Virus record (IMG/VR): IMGVR_UViG_3300042398_000319
Coordinates: 12,947-76,946 of that record
Origin: a virus
Direction: 5' to 3' (one strand)
DNA length: 64,000 bases
The notes under the pieces are model-generated. The model had not been told where the DNA came from and did not search any database. It saw nothing but the letters and a program-made list of their open reading frames with translations. Each line of letters begins with the position of its first letter. The stretch's first letter is position 1. Below, in pieces: positions 10,947 through 18,772 of this stretch. The position numbers and the translations under genes are program-made.

Positions 10947-11069
10947 ATGACACATGTAGATAAACTGGTTATGGCTCTTGGTAATCGCATCCCTAATTCT
11001 CGAAGATTAGCTTTAAAGGACTTAACTCCTGCTGCTATTAATCGTTTATTTAGGATGAAAAATACCTAG
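10947..11069 (+). CDS. Small hypothetical early protein (40 aa)
   Basis: ATG..TAG frame (MTHVDKLVMALGNR...) filling the space between the two 42-bp repeats; too short for the ORF track. Confidence 0.45.
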   Translation: MTHVDKLVMALGNRIPNSRRLALKDLTPAAINRLFRMKNT

Positions 11070-11111
11070 AAAAAGTGAGAAAAATGACGTATCTATAATG
11101 AAGAAATATCA
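11070..11111 (+). promoter_or_regulatory. 42-bp direct repeat copy 2; putative early (class A) promoter
   Basis: Identical to 10864-10905. Similarity continues imperfectly (AGTACTCAATTTA) towards the RBS of 11156. Confidence 0.65.
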
Positions 11112-11155
11112 ATAAAGATAAAGTACTCAATTTAGTAAACTTAAGGAAAGTTAAA

Positions 11156-11419
11156 ATGTTAAAAGTATTAATTGCAGTGTCTATTGCATTATTGTCTAGT
11201 ACCGCCATGGCATCTAAACATGAAAAGTATGTAGATATGTTAATAGAAGAAGGAGTTTTTAAAGTAGAAGAAAAGGCTAAAGTTATCTGTCAAATGGATG
11301 CTTTAGAGGCTTCATTCTATGCTTTCGATAAGGAATTAAAGAAAGCAAAAGACCCCTTTGCTGTTAAACCAGTAGATCCCTACAAGGTTATAGCAGTATG
11401 TAATAAGAAACACAACTGA
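11156..11419 (+). CDS. Hypothetical exported protein (signal peptide)
   Basis: MLKVLIAVSIALLSSTAMA resembles a signal peptide; AAGGA RBS. Confidence 0.65.
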   Translation: MLKVLIAVSIALLSSTAMASKHEKYVDMLIEEGVFKVEEKAKVICQMDALEASFYAFDKELKKAKDPFAVKPVDPYKVIAVCNKKHN

Positions 11420-11461
11420 TGAGTCTTTATGAGACGAAACCGCTGAGAAGCGGTCTTGTGT
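11410..11461 (+). ncRNA. Hammerhead ribozyme (type I topology)
   Basis: Stem I ACACAA/TTGTGT; core CTGATGA (11416-11422); stem II GTCT/AGAC; GAA; stem III ACCGCT-GAGA-AGCGGT; GUC cleavage triplet at 11453-11455. Confidence 0.93.
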
Positions 11462-11488
11462 ATTTTCCCCTTAACTATGGAGTTTAAA

Positions 11489-11977
11489 ATGAAAAAGTTC
11501 TTGATCGCAGTGTCTTTAAGTGTTGCCGCAGTATCCTCTTTTGCAGAAGAATCTTTCTGTAAACATAAAGAAGTACTTAAGGTAGGCACTTATGGTGCAT
11601 TAGCAGGTGCAGCAGCATCTTTGTTAATCCCTGGTGCAGGTCCAGTAATTGCTACAAGTATTCTTACAGGTACAGTAGTAACTACAGGTAATGTAGCAGT
11701 GTGTGCGTTTGATGAGAAGGATCGTAAGGACAAATTAGCTGCATTCAAAAAAGCTAACTCTGAACCTACATCTTTTGATAAAGCAGTGGCTAAGCCTGTA
11801 GAAGATCGTAGCATAACTGATAAAGCTGTAATCAGCCTTACTCAGGACTACGTCAATGCAGTTGTTAAGCCAGTAGAAGATCGTAGTATTAAAGAGCAAG
11901 CAGTTGTTACAATTTCACAAGGCTACACAAAAGCCCAAGAAAGTGTATCAAAAGCTTACAGTAACCTTACTAAATAA
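11489..11977 (+). CDS. Hypothetical exported/membrane protein with glycine-zipper-like segment and internal repeat
   Basis: GGAG RBS before ATG 11489; MKKFLIAVSLSVAAVSSFA signal peptide; GALAGAAA; duplicated AVxKPVEDRSI. Confidence 0.65.
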   Translation: MKKFLIAVSLSVAAVSSFAEESFCKHKEVLKVGTYGALAGAAASLLIPGAGPVIATSILTGTVVTTGNVAVCAFDEKDRKDKLAAFKKANSEPTSFDKAVAKPVEDRSITDKAVISLTQDYVNAVVKPVEDRSIKEQAVVTISQGYTKAQESVSKAYSNLTK

Positions 11978-12201
11978 GAGGATATATGTCAGAAACTTTC
12001 TTTGATATGGTATTGGCGGTTATAATTGCACTTGTGCTTGTACTCGCTATTCTTCACGGTTTGGATGCATTAATTTACTAAGGATCTGTTATGACATACT
12101 TTGTTTATAACAAAAAAGGTTATTTGATTACAACTACTACAAGTGTAGAAGAACTGAATAAGTTCCTACCTGAACTAGTAGATGTAATTATTTACTAATC
12201 C

Positions 12202-12276
12202 TTCTCGGATAGAGAGACCCTCCAGGGTATGTACTGGACTTTCTCAGCAGAGAGACCTCTTGGGGTAAGTACCAAG
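12202..12276 (+). ncRNA. Tandem pair of hairpin + H-type pseudoknot elements
   Basis: Two units of TTCTC-loop-GAGAG-ACC-Y-[5 nt]-GGT-AWGTA-[5 nt complement]; the second stem covaries (TCCAG/CTGGA versus CTTGG/CCAAG). Confidence 0.55.
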
Positions 12277-12299
12277 TTCTTTTAATTTTTGGAGTTAAA

Positions 12300-12545
12300 A
12301 TGAGTAAATTTCTTTTGTTAAACCCGCTGTATGGAGATAACTTCGGAATTACAGCGCAAGAAATTATTGAATCATTAGAGGAATTTGGTCTTACCTACAT
12401 CTTCTCAAATGACACTAAAGGTATACCGGCAATTTATGCCACAAGTAGATCTAAAGAGTTAATTGAAAGAATGTGTAATGAAGTACAACTTGATGGTTCT
12501 ATCATCGAGTTTACTACAATCTATGACCAAGTAATCGAGGATTAA
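12300..12545 (+). CDS. Hypothetical protein
   Basis: ORF with GGAG RBS. Confidence 0.6.
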   Translation: MSKFLLLNPLYGDNFGITAQEIIESLEEFGLTYIFSNDTKGIPAIYATSRSKELIERMCNEVQLDGSIIEFTTIYDQVIED

Positions 12546-12548
12546 ATA

Positions 12549-12803
12549 ATGCCTAGACTAACTTTAAAAGCTGGTGATTATACCATTGAAGCCGTTCAGT
12601 ACAATGCCTTTGACTCTGTTGAAGTAACTGTATATGATGACTTCTTACAAGCTGTAGTATCTCCTAAATTGTATGATGTTAAATCAGCATACATGACTGG
12701 AGAAAGTGTAGCTTCTGTTCTTACAGAATCTGCGGAAGATTTCCGTAGAATCTTTAAAGCAGTTGAAGATCTAGTCTTTGTAGATAAAAAACTTGGAGTT
12801 TAA
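12549..12803 (+). CDS. Hypothetical protein
   Basis: ORF with GAGG RBS, tightly packed. Confidence 0.6.
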   Translation: MPRLTLKAGDYTIEAVQYNAFDSVEVTVYDDFLQAVVSPKLYDVKSAYMTGESVASVLTESAEDFRRIFKAVEDLVFVDKKLGV

Positions 12804-12804
12804 A

Positions 12805-13059
12805 ATGTGCAATAAATGCTTATTTAATCCTTCACCAGTTAACATTTCAGATGAAGAAGGTTATGTTTATCAAGTTGGTAAAGAGATCTACAATTATGTT
12901 AAGGCTAAACACGAGCCACATTCTTTAGATTTCTTTAATCATGTTGGTAAGGAACTTGATCTCTGGAAAGCTAACCCTTTAGCAAATGTCAATCAACGAT
13001 TTAAGAGAATTGGTCATGTCAACACAATCAGGTACAGCGGGAAAGTCCAAGAAGTATAA
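12805..13059 (+). CDS. Hypothetical protein
   Basis: ATG 12805 after GGAG; tightly packed. Confidence 0.55.
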   Translation: MCNKCLFNPSPVNISDEEGYVYQVGKEIYNYVKAKHEPHSLDFFNHVGKELDLWKANPLANVNQRFKRIGHVNTIRYSGKVQEV

Positions 13060-13216
13060 CATATTTCAAATTCTACTTGTAGAATGGTTTATGTACTTCG
13101 TAATACTAGTACTACTAGATGGAGACACTAACAGCATGGAGGAATGTGCTGGTGGTGCTTTCATGTTGTTAGCGCTAATACGAGGCTTCCTTTTTATAAA
13201 GAAACAGAAATCTTGA

Positions 13217-13249
13217 ACTCCCTGCCAGCGGGAGTATAATCTAGCTGGC
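13217..13249 (+). ncRNA. H-type RNA pseudoknot upstream of the RNAP-1 gene
   Basis: S1 ACTCCC/GGGAGT, L1 = T, S2 GCCAGC/GCTGGC, L3 = ATAATCTA, followed by a T-run. Confidence 0.6.
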
Positions 13250-13360
13250 TTTTCTTATCAAAAATAATAATAACAATAAAGGTATTTATGAACGTTTGGA
13301 AAGCATGTCTTATTGTAGGTTTAATTTATCTAGCACGTAAAGTTGTAACTTACATGGAGA

Positions 13361-15562
13361 ATGCGGAAGCAGAATAAAGGAATGACTATAGTTAATAATA
13401 TATTAGAGAATTTAGTTTCAGATCTTAGAAAAAGACAAGCAGTCTTAAGATCAGATCGTAATATTTACACGCATTATCTTAAAGAAGTAGACCCTACTAC
13501 TCTAGTTGATGTATCGTATCCACACATATTACGAGGTTTAGAAAGACAAGCTACTCTAGTAGATATTGTAGCCACCATTGGTCGAAGAGTAAGGCAAATG
13601 CTTAATCTTCCTAATGATACTGTGTCAGATGCACAGGTTGGTTGGTTCATATGTATTGCTTATATTGAGTGTAATATCCTTACATTCCGATTAAAGTATA
13701 CCTATAAGAATGGAAAGAAAAGTAAATACAAAGCTTACTTCCTACAGGTTAAAGACTGGAAGGCAATTGAACAACTCTGGAGTTTAATTGACCAAAGTAA
13801 AGTAGATATCTTTCCATTAAGAGAACAGACTAAGCCTTGGACATCTGCATTTAATGTTAATGGTTCACCCATTATTAAGAAAGGCCACCCTAGTGCACTG
13901 TCAAAGTTTAGGACTTCAGACAAGCAAGCATTGTTTGATACTCTAAATAAATTACAAGCTATTGGATGGCGAATTAACAAGGATGTGTTTACTGTGTATC
14001 AGCACTTTTTACATAATCCTTGTCACAATAGCCCTTTCAAGTTACACACAGAGATTGATGAAGAGAAGAAACAATCACTTTTGATTGAAGCACAAGGCAT
14101 TGAAAGACTAGCATTAAATCATCTTGATAATGCTTTTTATCATGTCTATAACTTTGATTTCAGAGGTCGAGTTTATGTAAATACAGCGTTTCTTCACGAA
14201 CAATCTAGTGATAATGCAAAGGGCCTACTGTTGCTAGACAAATCAACACCACTAGGTGAAAACGGTCTGTTCTGGCTAAAGGTACATACGTCAAATTCTT
14301 TTGGAAATGACAAGGTGACGCTAAAGCAGAGGGCTGAGTTTGTAGATGAGAATATTAATCTATTCTTGTCATATGCAGATAAACCTACTGTTAATCAAGG
14401 ATGGATGGAAACAGATGCTCCATTTTCTTTTTTAGCTGCTTGTTATGAGCTTAAGAAAATTAAGAACTGGTTAATGGATGGTAATAACTTAGAAGATTAT
14501 CCTTGTTCTTTACCTGTATATATTGATGGTTCTAATAACGGTGTCCAGCATCTAGTTGCTATGTCACAAGATGAAGAGATTGCACCACTAGTTAATTTAG
14601 TACCACAAGATACCCCAGGTGATGTGTACATGTATATTGCTAAATACGCATGGAAACGTTTAGAGGAGCTAGCAAGTCAGCTAACACAAGAGGAACGTGA
14701 TCAATTTGATAGTGTATACAGTAAGGCTAAAGAGTTACAAAAAGCTTACTTTGATGCACCTGAAAAGAGTGAACAAAAATCCTTAGCTTATGCTGCTGCC
14801 CAAGAGTGGCGTAATCAGAATCGTTCTATTAGAGAAAAGTTGTTTGCTGTTTACTGGCTTAATATTGATAACCCAAAAGATCAACGTAAAGTAGTAAAGA
14901 GAAATGTAATGACTCTCGGTTACGGTGGTACTGCGTACGGCATGGGTCAACAAATTATTGATGATACCCGTGATATGTCTGAGTATCTTCGTGACAAGGA
15001 ACACCTCTGGGGTGCTATGTTAGGTGATTTGGTATTTGAGACTTGTTATGAAAAACTCAAAGGGCCAGCAACAATGTTACGAATGTTTCAGGACTTAGCG
15101 GATAGATCTAATAACAAAGATGTATTCCTACAATGGACTACTCCAGTAACAAACTTTCCTGTAGTTCAAGCATATAGAAAACCATCTATTGTTAGAACTA
15201 AATTAAAGTACGGTGAAGAAGAACTTAAAGTTCAACTTCAAACATGGGAAGAATCAACTATTGATAAAGATTCCCAGAGAACAGGTGCAGCACCAAATAT
15301 TGTTCACAGTTTTGATGCAGCACACTTGACTATGACTGTATTGTCTGCTCCATATGAGATGACTGTTGTTCATGATTCTTTCGGTACCCTGCCTGGAAAC
15401 ATGGATGACTTATTTTATAGAGTAAGAGATCAGTTCGTAGAGTTTTACAAGAGTAAACCTTTAGAGAAATTACTGGCTGAACTTAATTGTGAAGACCTTA
15501 TTCCTGAGAGGGGTAATCTCGATGTAAAACAAATATTGTACTCAGATTATGCTTTTTGTTAA
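13361..15562 (+). CDS. T7-like single-subunit DNA-directed RNA polymerase (RNAP-1)
   Basis: DFRGRVY; motif A PVYIDGSNNGVQH; motif B RKVVKRNVMTLGYG; APNIVHSFDAAHL; motif C VVHDSFGT. The start could be 13382. Confidence 0.96.
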   Translation: MRKQNKGMTIVNNILENLVSDLRKRQAVLRSDRNIYTHYLKEVDPTTLVDVSYPHILRGLERQATLVDIVATIGRRVRQMLNLPNDTVSDAQVGWFICIAYIECNILTFRLKYTYKNGKKSKYKAYFLQVKDWKAIEQLWSLIDQSKVDIFPLREQTKPWTSAFNVNGSPIIKKGHPSALSKFRTSDKQALFDTLNKLQAIGWRINKDVFTVYQHFLHNPCHNSPFKLHTEIDEEKKQSLLIEAQGIERLALNHLDNAFYHVYNFDFRGRVYVNTAFLHEQSSDNAKGLLLLDKSTPLGENGLFWLKVHTSNSFGNDKVTLKQRAEFVDENINLFLSYADKPTVNQGWMETDAPFSFLAACYELKKIKNWLMDGNNLEDYPCSLPVYIDGSNNGVQHLVAMSQDEEIAPLVNLVPQDTPGDVYMYIAKYAWKRLEELASQLTQEERDQFDSVYSKAKELQKAYFDAPEKSEQKSLAYAAAQEWRNQNRSIREKLFAVYWLNIDNPKDQRKVVKRNVMTLGYGGTAYGMGQQIIDDTRDMSEYLRDKEHLWGAMLGDLVFETCYEKLKGPATMLRMFQDLADRSNNKDVFLQWTTPVTNFPVVQAYRKPSIVRTKLKYGEEELKVQLQTWEESTIDKDSQRTGAAPNIVHSFDAAHLTMTVLSAPYEMTVVHDSFGTLPGNMDDLFYRVRDQFVEFYKSKPLEKLLAELNCEDLIPERGNLDVKQILYSDYAFC

Positions 15563-15566
15563 GTTT

Positions 15567-15583
15567 ACCAGGGTACGCTAAAG
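15567..15583 (+). promoter_or_regulatory. Putative phage RNAP promoter (class B)
   Basis: ACCAGGGTACGCTAAAG; matches 38929, 39551 and 56472; intergenic, upstream of the replication block. Confidence 0.75.
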
Positions 15584-15589
15584 CACAAT

Positions 15590-15619
15590 GGTATGCATTT
15601 TTGTGATGTATACCTTTTT
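15590..15619 (+). terminator. Hairpin + T-run after the RNAP-1 gene (possible early terminator)
   Basis: GGTATGCAT-ttttgtg-ATGTATACC-TTTTT. Confidence 0.55.
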
Positions 15620-15658
15620 ATTAAAAATTGGAAATTAAAAGTAAGGAACTAAAAAGCT

Positions 15659-16165
15659 ATGGCTATTTTGAAAAATGTTGAGTTATTCTACCCACGTCTT
15701 GATCCCAAGAAACCAAATGCTCGATTTAATAAAGAGCAACCTACATGGGAAGTTCAGATTCGAACTCGAGACAAGAAAGTTAAAAATGAGTGGGCTGCAC
15801 TCAACTTGAAGCCTAAGACTGTAGAAGATGATGACGGTAAGGTATTTTATTCTGTTACTCTTCGCAAGAAGTCTAAAAAGAAAGATGGTGAAGTTAATCA
15901 ACCTGTAAAGGTTATTGACGGTGGCCTAAATGATATTAACCCAATGAGCATTGGTAATGGCTCAATTGGTAATGTCCGTATCTTTCAATATGAGTATGGT
16001 GATGAGAAAAAGATTGCCTCTATGTTGATGGCAGTTCAAATTACTAAACTTAACGAGTACATTCCAAAGGCATCTGATGATGAATTTGAAATGACTGAGA
16101 CAGAGATTGTCCGTGTAGCAGATGCTGACGGTGGTGACGATGATGAGGATGACAATCCTTATTAA
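15659..16165 (+). CDS. Single-stranded DNA-binding protein (T7 gp2.5-like)
   Basis: OB-fold-like sequence (IGNGSIGNV; LMAVQITKL) and an acidic tail ending in an aromatic residue (DDEDDNPY); first gene of the replication block. Confidence 0.8.
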   Translation: MAILKNVELFYPRLDPKKPNARFNKEQPTWEVQIRTRDKKVKNEWAALNLKPKTVEDDDGKVFYSVTLRKKSKKKDGEVNQPVKVIDGGLNDINPMSIGNGSIGNVRIFQYEYGDEKKIASMLMAVQITKLNEYIPKASDDEFEMTETEIVRVADADGGDDDEDDNPY

Positions 16166-16172
16166 TTAAATT

Positions 16173-16196
16173 TAGGGGACTTCGGTCTCCTATTTT
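16173..16196 (+). terminator. Intrinsic terminator after SSB
   Basis: TAGGGGAC-TTCG-GTCTCCTA-TTTT. Confidence 0.75.
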
Positions 16197-16211
16197 ATCA
16201 AAGGAAATTAA

Positions 16212-16391
16212 ATGGCAAATATTATTGCAGGTTTAGTTGGTATAGCTGTTGTAGTAGCCTCTATCTACGGATGGATTGCAAACTTTATAGCTATATTAGC
16301 AATGAATGCTGATACCCCATTAGGTTGGGTTATTGGTCGTATTATCGGTGTCTTTGTACCCTTTATTGGAGCAATTCTTGGTTACTTCTGA
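16212..16391 (+). CDS. Small membrane protein (59 aa)
   Basis: AAGGA RBS; MANIIAGLVGIAVVVASIYGW..., two hydrophobic segments; not in the ORF track. Confidence 0.6.
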   Translation: MANIIAGLVGIAVVVASIYGWIANFIAILAMNADTPLGWVIGRIIGVFVPFIGAILGYF

Positions 16392-16620
16392 ATACACGCT
16401 GACGTTCACTGATCCTATTAGTGAATTTGAAATGCTTCTCTTATGTAAACTTGGAGATGACTTTTCATACAATAAAGACTTTACTGTCTGCACAATTGAA
16501 ACCCCAATGAGTGAAAGAGAATTCCTTAAAGAAGTCTCTGAAATTACTGTAGTAGAAAATATTGGGTTAATTCAGCATTTAGTAACAATGGAACCCGATT
16601 GGTTAACTTATAATTCATAA
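16333..16620 (+). CDS. Hypothetical protein (true start probably downstream)
   Basis: ORF ends with a TAATG overlap into the next gene. Confidence 0.4.
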   Translation: MVVLSVSLYPLLEQFLVTSEYTLTFTDPISEFEMLLLCKLGDDFSYNKDFTVCTIETPMSEREFLKEVSEITVVENIGLIQHLVTMEPDWLTYNS

Positions 16621-16919
16621 TGATTGCATATAAACTTTTTAAGAAAAGAAAAGATGGTACTTATGGACCATTGTTTATTAATCGAAAACAGAAAATACAA
16701 TCAGGTGTATTGTATGGGGCAGAGTCTCATCCTACTGTAGGTTATGCCTATCGTCCGGGATGGCATTGCTGCTCCACACCTAATGCACCACACTTGAGCC
16801 TTAAAAATAGAGTATGGTGTAAGATTGAAATTCAAGACTATACAAGACATCAACGACCTGAAAGTCAAGGTGGTCTCTGGTATACAGCAAATTATATGCG
16901 TATTCTAGGAGAACTATGA
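16620..16919 (+). CDS. Hypothetical phage protein
   Basis: Translationally coupled ORF; RPGWHCC motif. Confidence 0.6.
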   Translation: MIAYKLFKKRKDGTYGPLFINRKQKIQSGVLYGAESHPTVGYAYRPGWHCCSTPNAPHLSLKNRVWCKIEIQDYTRHQRPESQGGLWYTANYMRILGEL

Positions 16920-17185
16920 GTAACTTAAACCAACTTGCTAAAGATTACTGGAATGATGAACTTGAATGTGAAGTAATTGAAGAGGGTGACTGGGTTAATG
17001 ATTTCAAAGACTATTACTTTCGTATAGATATCATTAAGTATCAAGACAAATATTATCGAATTAGTATGAAAAGAACTGGAAGTTATTATACTGAATACTT
17101 CTTCAATGAAGATAGCTTTGTAGCAGAAGAAGTAACTAAAGTTGAAAAAGTAGTAACAGTAACATCATGGGAACGTGTAAAATGA
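16916..17185 (+). CDS. Hypothetical protein
   Basis: ATGA overlap; AGGAG RBS. Confidence 0.6.
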   Translation: MSNLNQLAKDYWNDELECEVIEEGDWVNDFKDYYFRIDIIKYQDKYYRISMKRTGSYYTEYFFNEDSFVAEEVTKVEKVVTVTSWERVK

Positions 17186-17595
17186 AACAACGAACAATCT
17201 ACCTTGCAGGTCCAATGGAACACGTATCGCTTGACGATGCAAAAGGTTGGCGTGATATTGCTACTCAATTACTTAAGCAAGCAGATCAAAAAGTTCTTGA
17301 TCCTACTCGTAGGGTTCATGAGTTTCAACCGAAGTACATGAAGAGAATCTTTGAACTAGATCTTCGTGATATTCAAGAGTCAGACTTGATTCTTGTTAAT
17401 TTAGACAATCCTAAAATTGCTAAACACGGTACTTCAATGGAAGTGTTTTATGCTTCTTATGTACTACGTAAACCAGTAATTGCATTTAAAGCGGATGCCT
17501 CTACTATTCATCCATTTTTTGAATCTTTAGTAACTGAATGGAGATCAACAGTAGATAAAGCCTGTGACACTATTATCACGGAGTATATCGAGTAA
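17182..17595 (+). CDS. Nucleoside 2-deoxyribosyltransferase-like protein / nucleotide N-glycosidase
   Basis: IYLAGPM...DLRDIQESDLILV...GTSME pattern of the NDT family. Confidence 0.75.
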   Translation: MKQRTIYLAGPMEHVSLDDAKGWRDIATQLLKQADQKVLDPTRRVHEFQPKYMKRIFELDLRDIQESDLILVNLDNPKIAKHGTSMEVFYASYVLRKPVIAFKADASTIHPFFESLVTEWRSTVDKACDTIITEYIE

Positions 17596-17786
17596 TGCCA
17601 TTCTTTGTTACTTACGTAGATCCTGATGATGAGAATATAGAGCATAATATTCCTATTAGTAAAGCAACTCAGGAGTGCGTTTTTACTAGTTTAAAACAAG
17701 TAGCAGTTAAAGTGAGAGATGTTAAAGCTCACTATCCAAAATTAAAAGTTAGGGTTTATCATGCAAGCCTTTGGGAAGAAAATTAA
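17595..17786 (+). CDS. Hypothetical protein
   Basis: Coupled ORF. Confidence 0.5.
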   Translation: MPFFVTYVDPDDENIEHNIPISKATQECVFTSLKQVAVKVRDVKAHYPKLKVRVYHASLWEEN

Positions 17787-18049
17787 TGCCATATATTAGA
17801 CAAGATTTTAAACAATTTCTACACACAAAAAGTGTAGCGGAAGTAGGTGATTTGTGTACTACTCCAGGAGAATTAAACTTTGTTATTACTTCAATTGTAC
17901 GAGATTACTTCAATCGTACAGATAAAGGTAATTACCAAGCTATTAATGATATTGTAGGTGCTCTAGAAGGTGCTAAGATTGAATTTTATCGAAGGGTAGC
18001 AGCACCGTATGAAGATCTTAAAATTAAAGAAAATGGGGATGTGTATTAA
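17786..18049 (+). CDS. Conserved hypothetical phage protein
   Basis: MPYI...GELNF...GALEGAKIEFYRRVAAPYED..IKENGDVY, a recognisable phage family of unknown function. Confidence 0.65.
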   Translation: MPYIRQDFKQFLHTKSVAEVGDLCTTPGELNFVITSIVRDYFNRTDKGNYQAINDIVGALEGAKIEFYRRVAAPYEDLKIKENGDVY

Positions 18050-18211
18050 TGAAATTCACAGTAACCACAGTAAAAGAAAATGAAGACGGTAGTGCTAATG
18101 TTGTTCTAGACTTAGATAATGAAGCACGAGAGTATTTACTAAATTATGCCTTCATCCATATGATGAAAGATGCAATTGCTGAAGGTCAACTTTATCAGGT
18201 AAAGGATTAAA

Positions 18212-18772
18212 ATGTATATACCAGTTTATGAAGTATACTCTTATGATGATAATAGAGGTGTAGTAGGAACATATAATGATTTTGAAAATGCTGTAGAAGC
18301 ATGGAAAAATAATATGAATTTCTTTACTATTAAATGTGTGTGGCCAACTAGTGTAAAGAATCGTTCTAAGGAATTAAACACAATCCAAGCCATTAATAAC
18401 TATCGTAATCTATTAAACGATTGGAGAATAGAAGATGGTGATGATGAATGGGAAGTCGATCAATTGATGAAATATCTTAAAGAAAATCCTCAAAAGAAAG
18501 ATGCCATTAACCCTAGCCATTATCAAGGCTATGTAATGGATTTACAGTGGCTAGAAACTATGCAGTATCTACCAAGCTTTAGAGATCCTGCTTGCTTCAA
18601 AGCTGCAGTTGAACTACAAGTACGAAAGTATTTAGACCGCTTAGGTGGTAAAGATGCTGAACAACAGGAATTAGGTAAAGCATTGTGGTACTTAAAGTTC
18701 CTACTTGCTTACACTAAGAATAACAATCAACCAATCCGTATTAAAGATATTGAAAAAATTTTAAATGAGTAA
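18212..18772 (+). CDS. DUF3310 / SaV-like domain protein (T7 gp1.7-related)
   Basis: DAINPSHY...KYLDRLGGKD...ELGKALWYL. Confidence 0.65.
   Translation: MYIPVYEVYSYDDNRGVVGTYNDFENAVEAWKNNMNFFTIKCVWPTSVKNRSKELNTIQAINNYRNLLNDWRIEDGDDEWEVDQLMKYLKENPQKKDAINPSHYQGYVMDLQWLETMQYLPSFRDPACFKAAVELQVRKYLDRLGGKDAEQQELGKALWYLKFLLAYTKNNNQPIRIKDIEKILNE

Noticed and set aside
10757-10963. ORF spanning the terminator and first 42-bp repeat
   Set aside because: It overlaps a real gene, a terminator and a promoter-like repeat and has no RBS; likely spurious.
10864-11111. CRISPR-like repeat-spacer unit or canonical sigma70 promoter
   Set aside because: Only two copies, separated by 164 bp that contain an ORF, and no cas genes. 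TATAAT is present but there is no -35 at proper spacing. Host RNAP use is not fully excluded.
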